Counted from the whole stretch's first letter, positions 22,876-35,905 are shown. The stretch: 63,983 nucleotides of DNA, filler included, from Octopus bimaculoides (GCF_001194135.2; 7 parts of 7 records of this genome joined end to end with filler, not necessarily neighbours in it), one strand, 5' to 3'. Notes: generated from the letters alone by a model not told the origin. Program-made: numbers and translations.

Positions 22876-25800
22876 CTCATTGCAAACATATTTAGCTATC
22901 CGGTAAACCCGGAGAGTAAAGTTGAGCATTGTGGGATTTGAACTGAGTATTCAGCCAAAACAAATATCGCAATGCTCACTATCCGACGCTGTAAACGTCT
23001 CTGTCAATCAACCACCTTACACATACATGCGTACATACATACGTACATACATACATGCATACATACATACATACGTGTGTGCGTACGTACGTATGTACGT
23101 ACAGCCATACATATATATATGTGTGAGTGAGTCAGGGAGAGAGAGACAGAGAAAGACAGACAGACAGACTGAGAGACAGAGAGAGGAACTAGCTAGTTAG
23201 ATCGATTGTTAGATACATTTACTCTCATAATTTTCACTTAGCAATTAATTCGACGCACTTCTACCTCTTCTATTTAATCTTCGTTTCCCATTTTACAATT
23301 CTGTATTATCTCTTCTAATTCAAATTAGGCGTATACATTCTGCGCCAGAATTTATCAGTATTCTGTAGCAGAATTCAATGTTATTATCTTCATTATCAAC
23401 ATTATTATTATTCTTATCAGCAACATCGCTACAAAAGCAACTTCTATCGTAAACCCTTGTATAAATATCATTAAAATCGTTTCCTTTTGCGATCTTCTTA
23501 ATATCTCAGTTTCTCATCAAATTAACATTTAGAAACCTATTTTCATTACTGCTGTTATCTATCTGTGTACATGGATCCGCAGTTTCTTAATATGTATGTG
23601 ATCGTGCATGTATGTCTATATGTATGTATTTATGTATGCAATTTTGTTTGCGTACGTGTAAATGTGTGTGTTTCTTTACTGTTCATATAAATTCTTCCGA
23701 CAAAGAAACAGTTTGCTTTCGAAGACAGTAAGATAACTTCGTCGCTGGAAACATGGATTAAAAAATTGATACGTGTTATATGTTGGATTTCAGAAAGTCT
23801 TACATATTTTATTACTGCTCCACTTACAAAGTGTATTTGTAAACAGCATTAGCTGATCATTTTCTTAGCTTGAAAACTGTACTTCTGAGAGTATTACTTA
23901 AATATTTAATAACATAGCCTACTAAAGCTACATCCATCACTTGCAATCCAGGCTGGCTGTTAGCATTTACTATGCTTTTGCTTATTCGTTTTTGTGTTTA
24001 TACAGTCGCAAGTAGATAAAGACATCCTCGAAATTTTCCCTTGGCACAACGTGTTACTAAATTCAACCTGTAAACTAGGAAAACCAGATACGAAGTGCCT
24101 TACTCTGGGAGAAAACATGACAGCTGGTCAAGAACTCGAAAGCACGTTCTTAAAATCATGAGCCCAACATCCTAGCCACAAAAGCTGCACACCGTCACAT
24201 TAATATGACCATATAAACCAATTATTACTGCTATAAATGAGAATTTATAGCCATAGTAGAGAAATTGAAAGTTTTGAAGCACATATCTTTACTTATTCTT
24301 CTCTACTCCGACTTCCAAAATGTTTATAACCGTAAGGCAGCTGTAGTTTGCATACGTATGTATGCCTGCATGCATATATGTATGCATGTATCTACATATG
24401 CATGTATGTATGTATGCTTGTGTGTATAAACATTCGTATATATGTATGCCTGCATGCATTTATATACGCAACTCTGCATATATTTTATCTACATCTGTAC
24501 GTATGTACCCATGCATGCTTGTATGTATGTATGTATGTATGTATGTATGTATGCACCATATTGTACATTTGTATTCATGTTTGTGTGTATATGCTTATGT
24601 TTGTATGCCACAAGGCAAAACATCTAAATGTTTTGCATGTTTTCATAGATTAATTAATGAGTTCTGATTGCTTCATATTCATTAGCCATGCTGTTTCTGC
24701 TTTTATGACTCCCATCTTCCGAAGGGTGATATCCAGGCAGTCAGCTTCATAAAGAAGTGCACCAATATTTATTTACTGGTATCAATTTGAATTTATAGTC
24801 CGGCTAAAGTATCAACTGATTTCTTATTGGTATACCACAATGTTTTCTTTCTCTTTTATCTTGAACAACATAATAATATTTGCTGAACAACCGATTTCTA
24901 TTACTGTACAGCACTTTCTCTTTCTATCCTACGTTGTTGTGTCTGGACTGTTTACACTTACATTTTTACAGAGGTGTGACTGAAATAATTCAGCATTTTT
25001 TTCGTATAAAGAGTGAGTAATTCTCTCACACTACCGTTTCTTGTTATATTTTTTTTTATTTTCAAGACAATCCATTAAACTATCTGTACTCTACTGTTGT
25101 CGCTGTGACATATTGCTTCATATATATGTATTAGCAGGACGTATTTTCAGAAAATCTTCCGCGTTAATTCCACTGAGTCTAAATCATTTGTTGAATCGAT
25201 GTCTGTCGTGCGTTAGATGTGTTGTTATTTTGAATTCATGAATTGCAATAGCATCCTCTTCCAAAAAAAAAGCTGATATATTATATTGGCTGTTGGTCTA
25301 AGATACGCTATTCAGAGAGCTGTGTTACTGTAAAGTTGCTCAGAACAGAGATATGTTGATAAGCAGTAATGCTCTGATCTACAACAGAGGTGTGCAATTT
25401 TTCAGGGTGCATATGCGGGTGATTAACTAGGGAAAACGCTACGAAAAATTCTTTTCCTGCACTTATTATGTTCTTTCCTTTATATACGCAGACTGCATCT
25501 ACAGCTGCACTTCGGTGATTTGTGGATAGTACATATATACGCCGGCAGGATATTATGTGTCATTCAATCACTGAATCGATGTAAAGATAGTTTGCATGTA
25601 TTTACGTTGATATATATCAACGTAAATACATACAAACTATCTATCTATCTATCTATTTATATCTNNNNNNNNNNNNNNNNNNNNNNNNNNNNNNNNNNNN
25701 NNNNNNNNNNNNNNNNNNNNNNNNNNNNNNNNNNNNNNNNNNNNNNNNNNNNNNNNNNNNNNNNNNNNNNNNNNNNNNNNNNNNNNNNNNNNNNNNNNNN

Positions 25801-26126
25801 NNNNNNNNNNNNNNNNNNNNNNNNNNNNNNNNNNNNNNNNNNNNNNNNNNNNNNNNNNNNNNNNNNNNNNNNNNNNNNNNNNNNNNNNNNNNNNNNNNNN
25901 NNNNNNNNNNNNNNNNNNNNNNNNNNNNNNNNNNNNNNNNNNNNNNNNNNNNNNNNNNNNNNNNNNNNNNNNNNNNNNNNNNNNNNNNNNNNNNNNNNNN
26001 NNNNNNNNNNNNNNNNNNNNNNNNNNNNNNNNNNNNNNNNNNNNNNNNNNNNNNNNNNNNNNNNNNNNNNNNNNNNNNNNNNNNNNNNNNNNNNNNNNNN
26101 NNNNNNNNNNNNNNNNNNNNNNNNNA

Positions 26127-26340
26127 TGTTTGTGTGTCTGTGTTTGACACCCACCATCGCTTGAAAAACCTATGTTGGTGTATTTATGTCTCCGTAACTT
26201 AGCGGTTCGGTGAAAGGAACCGATAGAATAAGTACTAGGCTTATAAAAAATAAGTCCTGGAGTCGATTTGTTCGATTAAAGGCGGTGCTCCAGCATGGCC
26301 GCAATCAAATGACTGAAACAAATAAAAGAATAAAAAGAAA
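26127..26340 (+). mobile_element. SINE family A 3' half after gap
   Basis: Matches 62420-62630. Confidence 0.9.
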
Positions 26341-26904
26341 GGAATACATTTATGCTGGGCGGAGAGGGTTATTTTTGTTTTTTGTTTTTTCATATAAGTT
26401 TCTGTGAACAGAACCGACAGAAAATTAACCCAAACATGCTGCATTCCCGAGGGTAGTTAGAACCGCTTTCGTTCTTGGTTCAAACTTCTTCATGAGCAGC
26501 ATGAAGAGATTTGTACTAAGACGGCCATGAATTATATATCAACCAAGTTCTGAATCGATCGGATTTACCATTCCCTTCGCTCAAAGTTTAAATATACGCA
26601 AGCCTGATGGTAATTATAATAAAAGATATACTCCTGTCTATCGGTTTATGCTTTTTTTTCATATGTGGTTCCATATGTGGTTCCATCGTGTGCTTGTACC
26701 AATCTTTGTAGCAACAAGTCTGTTTGTGAGCGTTTGTTAGTATTTACGTATTCGTTTCCGCATATGGTTTCATGCACATGCGTATGTTCTTTTGCCATAT
26801 GATAAACTCTTGCCCTCATATCATTAGAAGTATACTTTGATTTAATAGGTTGCTGTATGCTTACGTTTACTTCATATGTATTAATCTGTGCAAGTTCAAG
26901 CATA

Positions 26905-27340
<436 letters not shown>

Positions 27341-28189
27341 NNNNNNNNNNNNNNNNNNNNNNNNNNNNNNNNNNNNNNNNNNNTTAATTAATTAANNNNN
27401 NNNNNNNNNNNNNNNNNNNNNNNNNNNNNNNNNNNNNNNACACACACACACACACACAATTTGGTCAGTTATATCTAATCAACTTCACATCTACTGCTCA
27501 TCAACCACATACCACACACGACATATTGTGTAGCCACAACTTTTCATTAAATGGTTGTCTGATCTGCTAAGATATAAACGTTGACAGCAATCATCAACGG
27601 TTGTCCTGGCAACTATGTAAAGAAGACTGACATGGAAGTGCATTATTGTCGTATTGATTGGGTATTTGCGACCTTGGCGACAACACCACTAACAACAACA
27701 AAAATATTGGTGGTGGTGTTGGTGGTGCCGGCGATGATAACTTGGAAGATAATGAATAATATTGATTTCATTTTGACCTGATATAATTGCTTTACATTTT
27801 CCATGGAGGGAAACAGGGAAGTTATAGTGGATATACACTGGGAGGAGATAAGTGAAGTGAAGTGATTCCAAAGAGGAATCGAAATTGCGCCGCGTTGTTG
27901 GAAAACTGGAGCCTCTGATGGGGACAGTGGGACCTCCATGCCAAAGGTTACTAATCTTTAGCAGTCGTCACTCATTTTAAAAATCAATAATCTTTGAAAT
28001 ACTCTTTATTCTTATCTCTTTGTTTTGTAGGGGAAGTGGACATACACCATCCTGTGTATTACAATTCCGTACATTAAATTTCTTAAGGAAGAAAACGGAA
28101 CGCAAACTCTAAACTAAACAGCACAACAAATATTTTATTACAGCAGTAATCCGCTCACACTAGGAGGAGATTCAGTAGCATGTCGCCTT

Positions 28190-28480
28190 TTGGTTAGATG
28201 AGACGTCGTCTTGAAGTCGCGTGGTTGGAAGTAATTTTTCTCCTCTCTGGTTATCTATGCGGACCCATTGTAGAGTTGACGGAGAGCTGCTATTGTGACG
28301 TCTAGCTTCCACGAAGTCCAGCGAGCAAAAGAGGTAGAGAAACGCGGGAACGCTTGGATATTGGATGACCACACATGCGCATGAGGGACTTCCTGCATTC
28401 CTTCCGGAAGACTAGTCCCTGCGTATGCGTGGTTAAACTCTCCAAAATGGCGACTGGTATTAGGCGCCACTACAGTCTGT
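28190..28480. promoter_or_regulatory. CpG-rich, probably bidirectional housekeeping-type promoter
   Basis: Non-repetitive CpG-rich patch with CATGCGCATG (28374-28383, NRF1-like), CTTCCGGAAG palindrome (28401-28410, ETS), TGCGTATGCG (28420-28429) and CAAAATGGCG (28443-28452, YY1-like/ATG context). Confidence 0.55.
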
Positions 28481-28888
28481 CCAAAGGATTTCATTTATTT
28501 ATCCTAAACATCCATGCTCGTTTTCAGACTTTTAGCCAGCCCTTGTTTCGTACATTCTGAAGGCTTTCTTTTCATAAGTTCCAAGTTACTCTGGTGATTA
28601 AAAAAAAATGAGAATGTTTATCAGAGGATTCATGTACATCAAGGAAATATGTCTTGTCTATCACACACGATACAAAAGACAGGCAAAAGGAGCTGACAAA
28701 ATGCCATGCTTAACCTTTTGTCTGTCCAAACAATTTTCATAAGTTTGTACTAAACTTCCTTGTTTGTTTTCAGATATTTAGTTCATCCTTGTTTCATACT
28801 GTAGCGGTGATTCGAAACTTAACCGCTAGGTCACTGATCAGACACCACAGCCAAACCACAATAGTTTCACGAGATCAGTCTAGCAAGC

Positions 28889-28951
28889 AGCCAATCAGTG
28901 TCAAGCCGTTGCGTGATTCAATCTTCTAGAAACTTCTTGTACCCTATAAAA
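28889..28951 (+). promoter_or_regulatory. Heat-shock-type core promoter: CCAAT box, heat shock element, TATA box
   Basis: AGCCAATCAG 28889-28898; cTTCtaGAAacTTCt 28923-28937 (three contiguous inverted nGAAn units); TATAAAA 28945-28951. Confidence 0.6.
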
Positions 28952-29789
28952 AGCCGCTCTGGTGCCTAAACACTTCGCAGAATATAGGTAGCTGAGCGAT
29001 ATGTGTTTCTACTCTTGCCGCATACAATGATTCTAGACATTTTGCGCAGATAAATCCAGGTTGTAGTACAGATCGAACTAAACATTGGTAATATGTATCA
29101 CACATCATGTATGGACATCAGGGAAATAAGTTCAGTGTATGCTTAGGATAGGCAGAGGGTTAAATATATTCCAGCCGAACACACCATTTGATAAGTCACA
29201 GTTTCTGCTTGCTGTAAATATTGGGATATATTCCCTTTGGCCGGCACATTTAAAAAATAATTTTTTGTAACTAATAAAATTTCACTAGACTCCGGGCGAT
29301 CGAATGATCGCAGCTGTCATATGATTGATTAGAATTCAGTCGTATAATGTGCCCTGGCATACTTCTCGTTACCAGATTAACGATGTTTCGATTCTAAGCC
29401 GCGCTACATTCGTAAAGAATCACGAAAAAAAAAAAAAGAAAAGAGTACAGATACACATTATGCTTGAAAATTTCCGTTGTAATTTTTAAAAATTTGTTTC
29501 TTTTCACACTAACATCATAAAAGCTAGTCGTAATGTCGTCATGGATAAAGAAGAGGTGGTCACTGCTAGGACGCCTCTGATCCTAAATTTGTTTAAATCA
29601 GAGTTGCTTTGGGCGAAACAACAAAGTCTTCTAGCCAATAAGGAAACCTTGAAGTGGGCACTAAACCTGTTAGAAATAACAGCCGGATGTCTCCTAGAGC
29701 ATCCTATTGTTTTTAAAAAAGGAAGGACACTTTAAACAATGTAGTTTTAGATAGACACGAACATAACAGGATGGTCACGGCTGGAACGC

Positions 29790-30115
29790 CTTTATTACAA
29801 ATTTGATTGGTTAGGGTTTAAGCAGAGGTTTGGTGTCCTGAGTATGAATAAAACTGCATCTGGTGGTAAGGTTCGGGAGTTCAGGAGTTGTGGGGAGCGT
29901 GTGTCAACCCTAAGTTAACATTACTCCCAGGTTCCTTCTGACCCGGAACGGTAATACTTGTCAGGCTCCCATCTATGGGTTAAACAGATTTTTGTAAGGG
30001 TAGATTGGGTTCCTTGACTGCAACGAAAGCAATCAATGTAGGAGAAGGAAAACCCTGAAATTAATATCCCACTTCCAGCATGTCCTAAGCCTACACAGAA
30101 GGGTATGACTGATAA
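29790..30115. mobile_element. Unclassified dispersed repeat (retroelement UTR-like)
   Basis: GC-richer block cattactcccaggttccttctgacccggaacggtaatacttgtcaggctcccatctatgg, recalled as a cephalopod repeat; family not verified. Confidence 0.4.
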
Positions 30116-30654
30116 AACTAACATGAGGTATGTCTAATAACATAGAATCATACAATGAAAGCAACTATCTCATGTTAGGCCGCATTCTGTTGTAGGTGGA
30201 GATAGCGAGAAATGATTGGTAGAATCGGTAGAGGGTCGTACAGAATGCTTTGCAGTTTTTACGTACGGTGCTTTACGTTCTGTATTCAAAATCCTGCCAA
30301 TATCAACTTGATCTTTCATCACTTCGTGGTCGATAAAATAAAGTACATGTCAAGTATTGGTATCAATGGTATTAACTAAACCCCTCCCTTCAAAATTCCT
30401 GGCCTTGTGTTTAAATGAGAAACAATTATTGTTATGGTTATCTTGATCTCACTCTTTTATTCGATGTAAATCTCCCCGTTTCTTGTTTTTCTATGAATCA
30501 CTCTTTTCTAATTTGGTCTTTTGGTCAGTAAGACAATAGATAAGTATATAAATAAAAATTACTGGCACACCTCAGCTTATGTCGGTAATTGACTCCAAGA
30601 CAAGCGACGTAACTCGAAAAATGACATAAAGCGGAAAAGCATTAAAAAAAAATG

Positions 30655-30754
30655 TTGGTTGTGTGGTAAAATGTTTGCTTCCCGGCCACATGGTTCCAGG
30701 TTCAGTCCCACTGCGTGGTACATTCGGGAAGTGTCTTTTATTATAGCCTCGGGC

Positions 30755-30760
<6 letters not shown>
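30655..30760 (+). mobile_element. SINE family A head fragment
   Basis: gtgtggtaaaatgtttgcttcccggccacatggttccaggttcagtcccactgcgtgg. Confidence 0.8.
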
Positions 30761-30789
<29 letters not shown>

Positions 30790-31149
30790 ACAATAAGAAT
30801 AATCATGATAATAAATAAGTTGGACAAATGTATAAGTCGATTAGTGTATTTAAATGTTGAGTAGAGCTCCGGCACAGTTTAGGCTACTTGTCATCTGCAA
30901 TCGTAATACATTGCTGTTGGATCTAACCAAGTAGTTTTATGTTCTGCCTGTATGTATATGTATGAACATAAAACTACTTGAGTAAAAATTAGTTTTCTCT
31001 TCCTCTACTTTCTTTTTTTCTAAGCAGTTATGACAGCAAAAGCTGATTAGGTCATTTTATCTAAACAGCAAAAACCCACACTAACGTAAACTGGGGAAGC
31101 TAATCGATGAGTTTGAGAAGGTCTCGGGAATAATCATACCAGCGGACAA

Positions 31150-31520
31150 AACCGGTAGACAATATTTTGTGTGCATGTCACACCACGTTATCTACCATAT
31201 TATGGTAGACAATATTTGGTGTGTATGTCACACCACGTTTTTGGCCTTGTCTGTTATCCCAATTGAGTGTCATAACTCATACTTTGATATTATTCATAAC
31301 TCGTGCTCTTGAAAATGCAATATATAATTGGCCATGAGAAAATACCCGTTGATGCAAATGTATTCTTTTTCAAATGTTTGCCCTTGAGCCTTATTAATTG
31401 TCATTGAATATGCATGTCGAAGTGGAAATTGAAGTCTGTTTAGTGTGACTGGAATATTTGCATCACTTGGGCTAAGTTTAGGTCTGAGAATTTTTTTTTT
31501 TTCTCCATTTCTTCTGGCGT
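31150..31520 (-). mobile_element. Helitron Rep/Hel helicase C-terminal remnant
   Basis: LSPSDANIPVTLNRLQFPLRHAYSMTINKAQGQTFEK, frameshift, then HQRVFSHGQLYIAFSRARV = PIF1-type motifs V/VI; followed by TYTPNIVY. Confidence 0.9.
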
Positions 31521-32544
31521 GCAGCTGCTGAAAATTTCTGGGTACAAATGTACAAATTGTAATGCAAAAGAACGAAATAATAAATGGATTTGTGAATGAA
31601 AGTTTGGTAATTGCGTTTATTTCCACCACGCGACACTTATCATTGCAAACATGTTTTAACTAACCTATACTACACACACAGGCAATTTGTGAGTTAATTT
31701 TATTCTCGTGTGATAATGAAAAGTGAAACTGGCAGCCAATATTTGCTGTTTATGTATTTATGTATGAATTGTCTCTCTCACTTTCTCTTTCACTTCCTAT
31801 GTGTCCTTCTCTCTCGCTTTTGATTAAACAATGTATATATGTATCTCTGTATCTACTTCTCTTGCGACGTAATAAACATTTGACAACACAAAACGAACGC
31901 TATCACTACTCACTGTCTCGTTCACTTTTCCCACTCTCTTTATTTCTCTCTTACGTCTTCTCTGAAACATTTAAAAACACAAAACGAACGCCGTCATCAC
32001 TGATGTCTCTTTCACTCTCACTCTCTCTTACTTCCTCTCTCTCCTACTCTGTCTCGCTTTGCCACTACAAAGAAGTGTGACGCACACAACAGATACGTAC
32101 AAAAATTAAAAAGGTAAAACTAATGCTTAATTATAGTAGGTGTTAAGGAAGTTATAAACTAAGTGAAGTGTGGAAAAAGGATTAAAGGATGTTGATAAAG
32201 TATCGATCTTTAAAGTAAAATAAAATAATATGATGATAAGGTAAATACAACAATTTAATTAAGTGAGCTTATGCGATCCTCTGAACTACATAATGAAAAT
32301 AAATATAGAAAGCTATAGAAGGGATAGTCATTCAAACAACATTTGTGTTAACAGGAATATCTAAACGTCCGCAAGAATTTCTAACTATGCTAAGAGAAGG
32401 CCTAATGGAAATTATTTACTAACAATAAAGTTAAAATGAAACTTAAGCCACTTTCCTCATAGCGGAAGTCGAAACAATTTGTTGTCGTGGCAACTCCGCT
32501 TCATTTATCAATTATACTGGAAGTGTAGTATGAGACAATTCCGA

Positions 32545-32905
32545 GAGTCTATGTGTGTTAGAAGCACGTGGTTGGAAGAAAGAACCCTTCCACTTAGAGC
32601 TGTAATTTTATTTATATACTGCTAGGTGACAGAGATGACAAGTATTGTAAAGAACTGGGGATTGGTGCGACTGCAGCAGTCGATTACAAAACTTATTTAC
32701 GAGAGGTCTGTGCAGACGATTTACTGCGCAATCGGAAGAAAATTGGTGGTCCTGGCAGAATTGTCGAAATAGACGAAACAGTATTTTCGAGAAGAAAATA
32801 CAACCGGGGTCGAATACTACCCGTTCAGTAGGTTTTCACGAATCACGAGAAGTTTTTCTTTACGTCGTACCTTCTCGAGATCGTAATATGCTCGAAAAAT
32901 GCATA
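32545..32905 (+). mobile_element. Merlin (IS1595/IS1016-like) DDE transposase remnant
   Basis: RSTWLEERTLPLRAVILFIYC*...LREVCADDLLRNRKKIGGPGRIVEIDETVFSRRKYNRGRILPVQ*VF...EVFLYVVPSRDRNML; in-frame stops at conserved W positions; inverted cggaagtcgaaa repeats near 32463 and 33320. Confidence 0.9.
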
Positions 32906-33544
32906 TCTCAATTTCGCTTATTTCAAAGTGTTTTCGTTTCATTCTGGCTGTTATTTCTAGCGGCAGGTCGAAGAACTCTGACTATCGCAATGTATGTAAA
33001 TATAAATCATCTAGTGGCTGGAATTTAAAAAAAAACAATCCGTTACAGTTTTTATTCAAGAGTTTTCGTTTCATATCGGCTGTTATTTCTAGCAGTAGGT
33101 CGAAGAGTAAAAACAATAATATTATTGTACATAAATGTCTTCAAGAAAATGTTCATTATTTCATCATTGTTTTCTTTCAATAAATTCTTTTTTTAAAACA
33201 AAAACTCCTTTTTTGTTTTCTTTTCTTTCATTAAATTAAAAAAACAAAACAAAGCCTCATGTTTCCCTTTGTTTTCAACGTTACTGTTTGTTGTTATGCA
33301 GCAAACAATTTCGACTTCCGTTTGTGAAGACACTCATTTCATTGGTTAAAAATGTATAACTTTTAAATGCTTCTATCCTATTAATTATTAATTTTTCGAA
33401 AAATTCAATACATCTGTGGAGAACTTTTGAAAACAATCAATTCAGAATTGAAAAATCTTCAAGTGGCTAGAAAATATCCGGTCGAGGTGATCGTCTCTCC
33501 TTTCCCCTCTGGTTCTGGGCCAAAACTTGAAAGCATTCTTATTA

Positions 33545-33698
33545 TTATTTGTCTGAGTTCAAATTCCGCAAGGTCGATTTTGCCTTTCATCTTTTCGGGG
33601 TCGATAAATTAAGTACCAGTGAAATACTGGAGTCAATGTAATCAACTAGTCCTCACCCTCAAAATTTAAGGCATTTAGTAGAAATTATTATTATTATT

Positions 33699-33745
<47 letters not shown>

Positions 33746-34298
33746 TAAAAAGACGGCAAACTGGCTGAATCATTAGCACGCCGGGCGAAATGCTTAACGG
33801 TATTTCGTCTGCCGTTACGTTCTGAGTTCAAATTCCGCCGAGGTCGACTTTGCCTTTCATCCTTTCGGGGTCGATAAATTAAGTACCAGTTACGCACTGG
33901 GGTCGATGTGATCGACTTAATCCCTTTGCCTGTCCTTGTTTGTCCCCTCTATGTTTAGCCCCTTGTGGGGAATAAAGAAATAGGTATTTCGTCTGCTACT
34001 ACGATCTGAGTTCAAATTCCGCCGAGGTCGACTTTGCTTTCATCCTTTCGGAATCGATAAATTAAGTACCAGTCGATTACATTGTCAAGTACTGGAGTCA
34101 ATGTAATCGACTATCCCCCTCCCCTTAAATTCCAGGCCGTGTACCTATAGTAGAAAAAATTATTATTATCATTATTATTATTAAAAAGGCGGCGAGCTGG
34201 CAGAACCGTTAACATGCCGGGCGAAATACTTAGCGGTATTTCGTCTGCAGCTACGTTCCGAGGAACAAATTCCGCCAAGGTCGACTTTGCCTTTCATC
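33545..34298 (+). mobile_element. Tandem array of four SINE family C copies running into a gap
   Basis: Four successive C-family bodies separated by (ATT/TAA)n tails. Confidence 0.9.
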
Positions 34299-34881
34299 NN
34301 NNNNNNNNNNNNNNNNNNNNNNNNNNNNNNNNNNNNNNNNNNNNNNNNNNNNNNNNNNNNNNNNNNNNNNNNNNNNNNNNNNNNNNNNNNNNNNNNNNNN
34401 NNNNNNNNNNNNNNNNNNNNNNNNNNNNNNNNNNNNNNNNNNNNNNNNNNNNNNNNNNNNNNNNNNNNNNNNNNNNNNNNNNNNNNNNNNNNNNNNNNNN
34501 NNNNNNNNNNNNNNNNNNNNNNNNNNNNNNNNNNNNNNNNNNNNNNNNNNNNNNNNNNNNNNNNNNNNNNNNNNNNNNNNNNNNNNNNNNNNNNNNNNNN
34601 NNNNNNNNNNNNNNNNNNNNNNNNNNNNNNNNNNNNNNNNNNNNNNNNNNNNNNNNNNNNNNNNNNNNNNNNNNNNNNNNNNNNNNNNNNNNNNNNNNNN
34701 NNNNNNNNNNNNNNNNNNNNNNNNNNNNNNNNNNNNNNNNNNTATAAGACTTTGATAAAATTACCACACCCCAAATTCCTTCTTTCTTTTCGGTCGGTCT
34801 TGACCCTGAAGAAAACCTCCTGTCATTCTGTCCGATAACCGACGTGACGCAAGCAATAGTAACAAAGTGACCTTCCCATCA

Positions 34882-35105
34882 AATATAATTATCTTTTCTA
34901 TTCTAGGCACAAGGCCCGAAATTTTGGTGGAGGGGGTCAGTCGATTAGATCGACTGCAGTACGCAACTGGTACTTAATTTATCGACCCCTAGAGGATGAA
35001 AGGCAAAGTGGACCTCGGCGGAATTTGAACTCAGAACGTAACGGCAGACGAAACACTGCTAAGCATTTCGCCCGGCGTGCTAACGCTTCTGCCAACTCGC
35101 CGCTT
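34882..35105 (-). mobile_element. SINE family C, full length, inverted relative to the array
   Basis: Reverse complement of ggcgagttggcagaagcgttagcacgccgggcgaaatgc... Confidence 0.92.
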
Positions 35106-35561
35106 TATCAAATAGAATAATAAATGTAAAAATACAAGTTGGAAATAACTTGCAACATGTGGTTCAGGTAAAACTCGAATGCGGAGGAGGGGGGAGTAGA
35201 GAGAGGAAAGGAAGGTAAAAATTGTGACTTGATTGTGTGGAATGCTGAGACGGGTAAACCACGTTGAGAAGACGTTGAATTAGTATGTCAGTCGTTGTGA
35301 GTCAGAAGCAATAGTTTTCATATTTCATTTCATTTTTTTTTAATGCCTGTGGTTCCTTATTACTATTACTGAAGTCTTTACCTGACTGGATAAGTTTATT
35401 TGTTTTTTAAGAAAAGGTAAAACTAAATCTTTGAAATTTCTTTCTCTCCGTATGTGATATACTTTTAAAATATCTAAATTAACAACACGCACACACACAT
35501 TTACATATAAATATGGATATATAATATACACGTTTAAATGTATATAATATACACAAATAAA

Positions 35562-35595
<34 letters not shown>

Positions 35596-35663
35596 AATAA
35601 CTGCGTATATATATCAACAAATTCGTATATATATATATTAAAGATAAACATTTACAAATCTTT

Positions 35664-35689
<26 letters not shown>

Positions 35690-35698
<9 letters not shown>

Positions 35699-35728
35699 TA
35701 CACAAATGTGTGTATATACAAATTCGGG

Positions 35729-35764
<36 letters not shown>

Positions 35765-35797
35765 TAGTATACACAAATGTGTGTATATACAAATTCG

Positions 35798-35832
<35 letters not shown>

Positions 35833-35905
35833 TACACAAATGTATGTATATACAAATTCGGGTATATATATATATATTTATTGTATTCACAAATGTGTGT
35901 GTATA
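35690..35905. repeat. About 60-bp minisatellite (tagtatacacaaatgtgtgtatatacaaattcggg(ta)n), 3-4 units
   Basis: Unit recurs at about 35695, 35765 and 35827. Confidence 0.9.

Noticed and set aside
35690-35905. Repeat-spacer-like array as a CRISPR
   Set aside because: Spacers are only (TA)n length variants and the context is eukaryotic with no cas genes; it is a minisatellite
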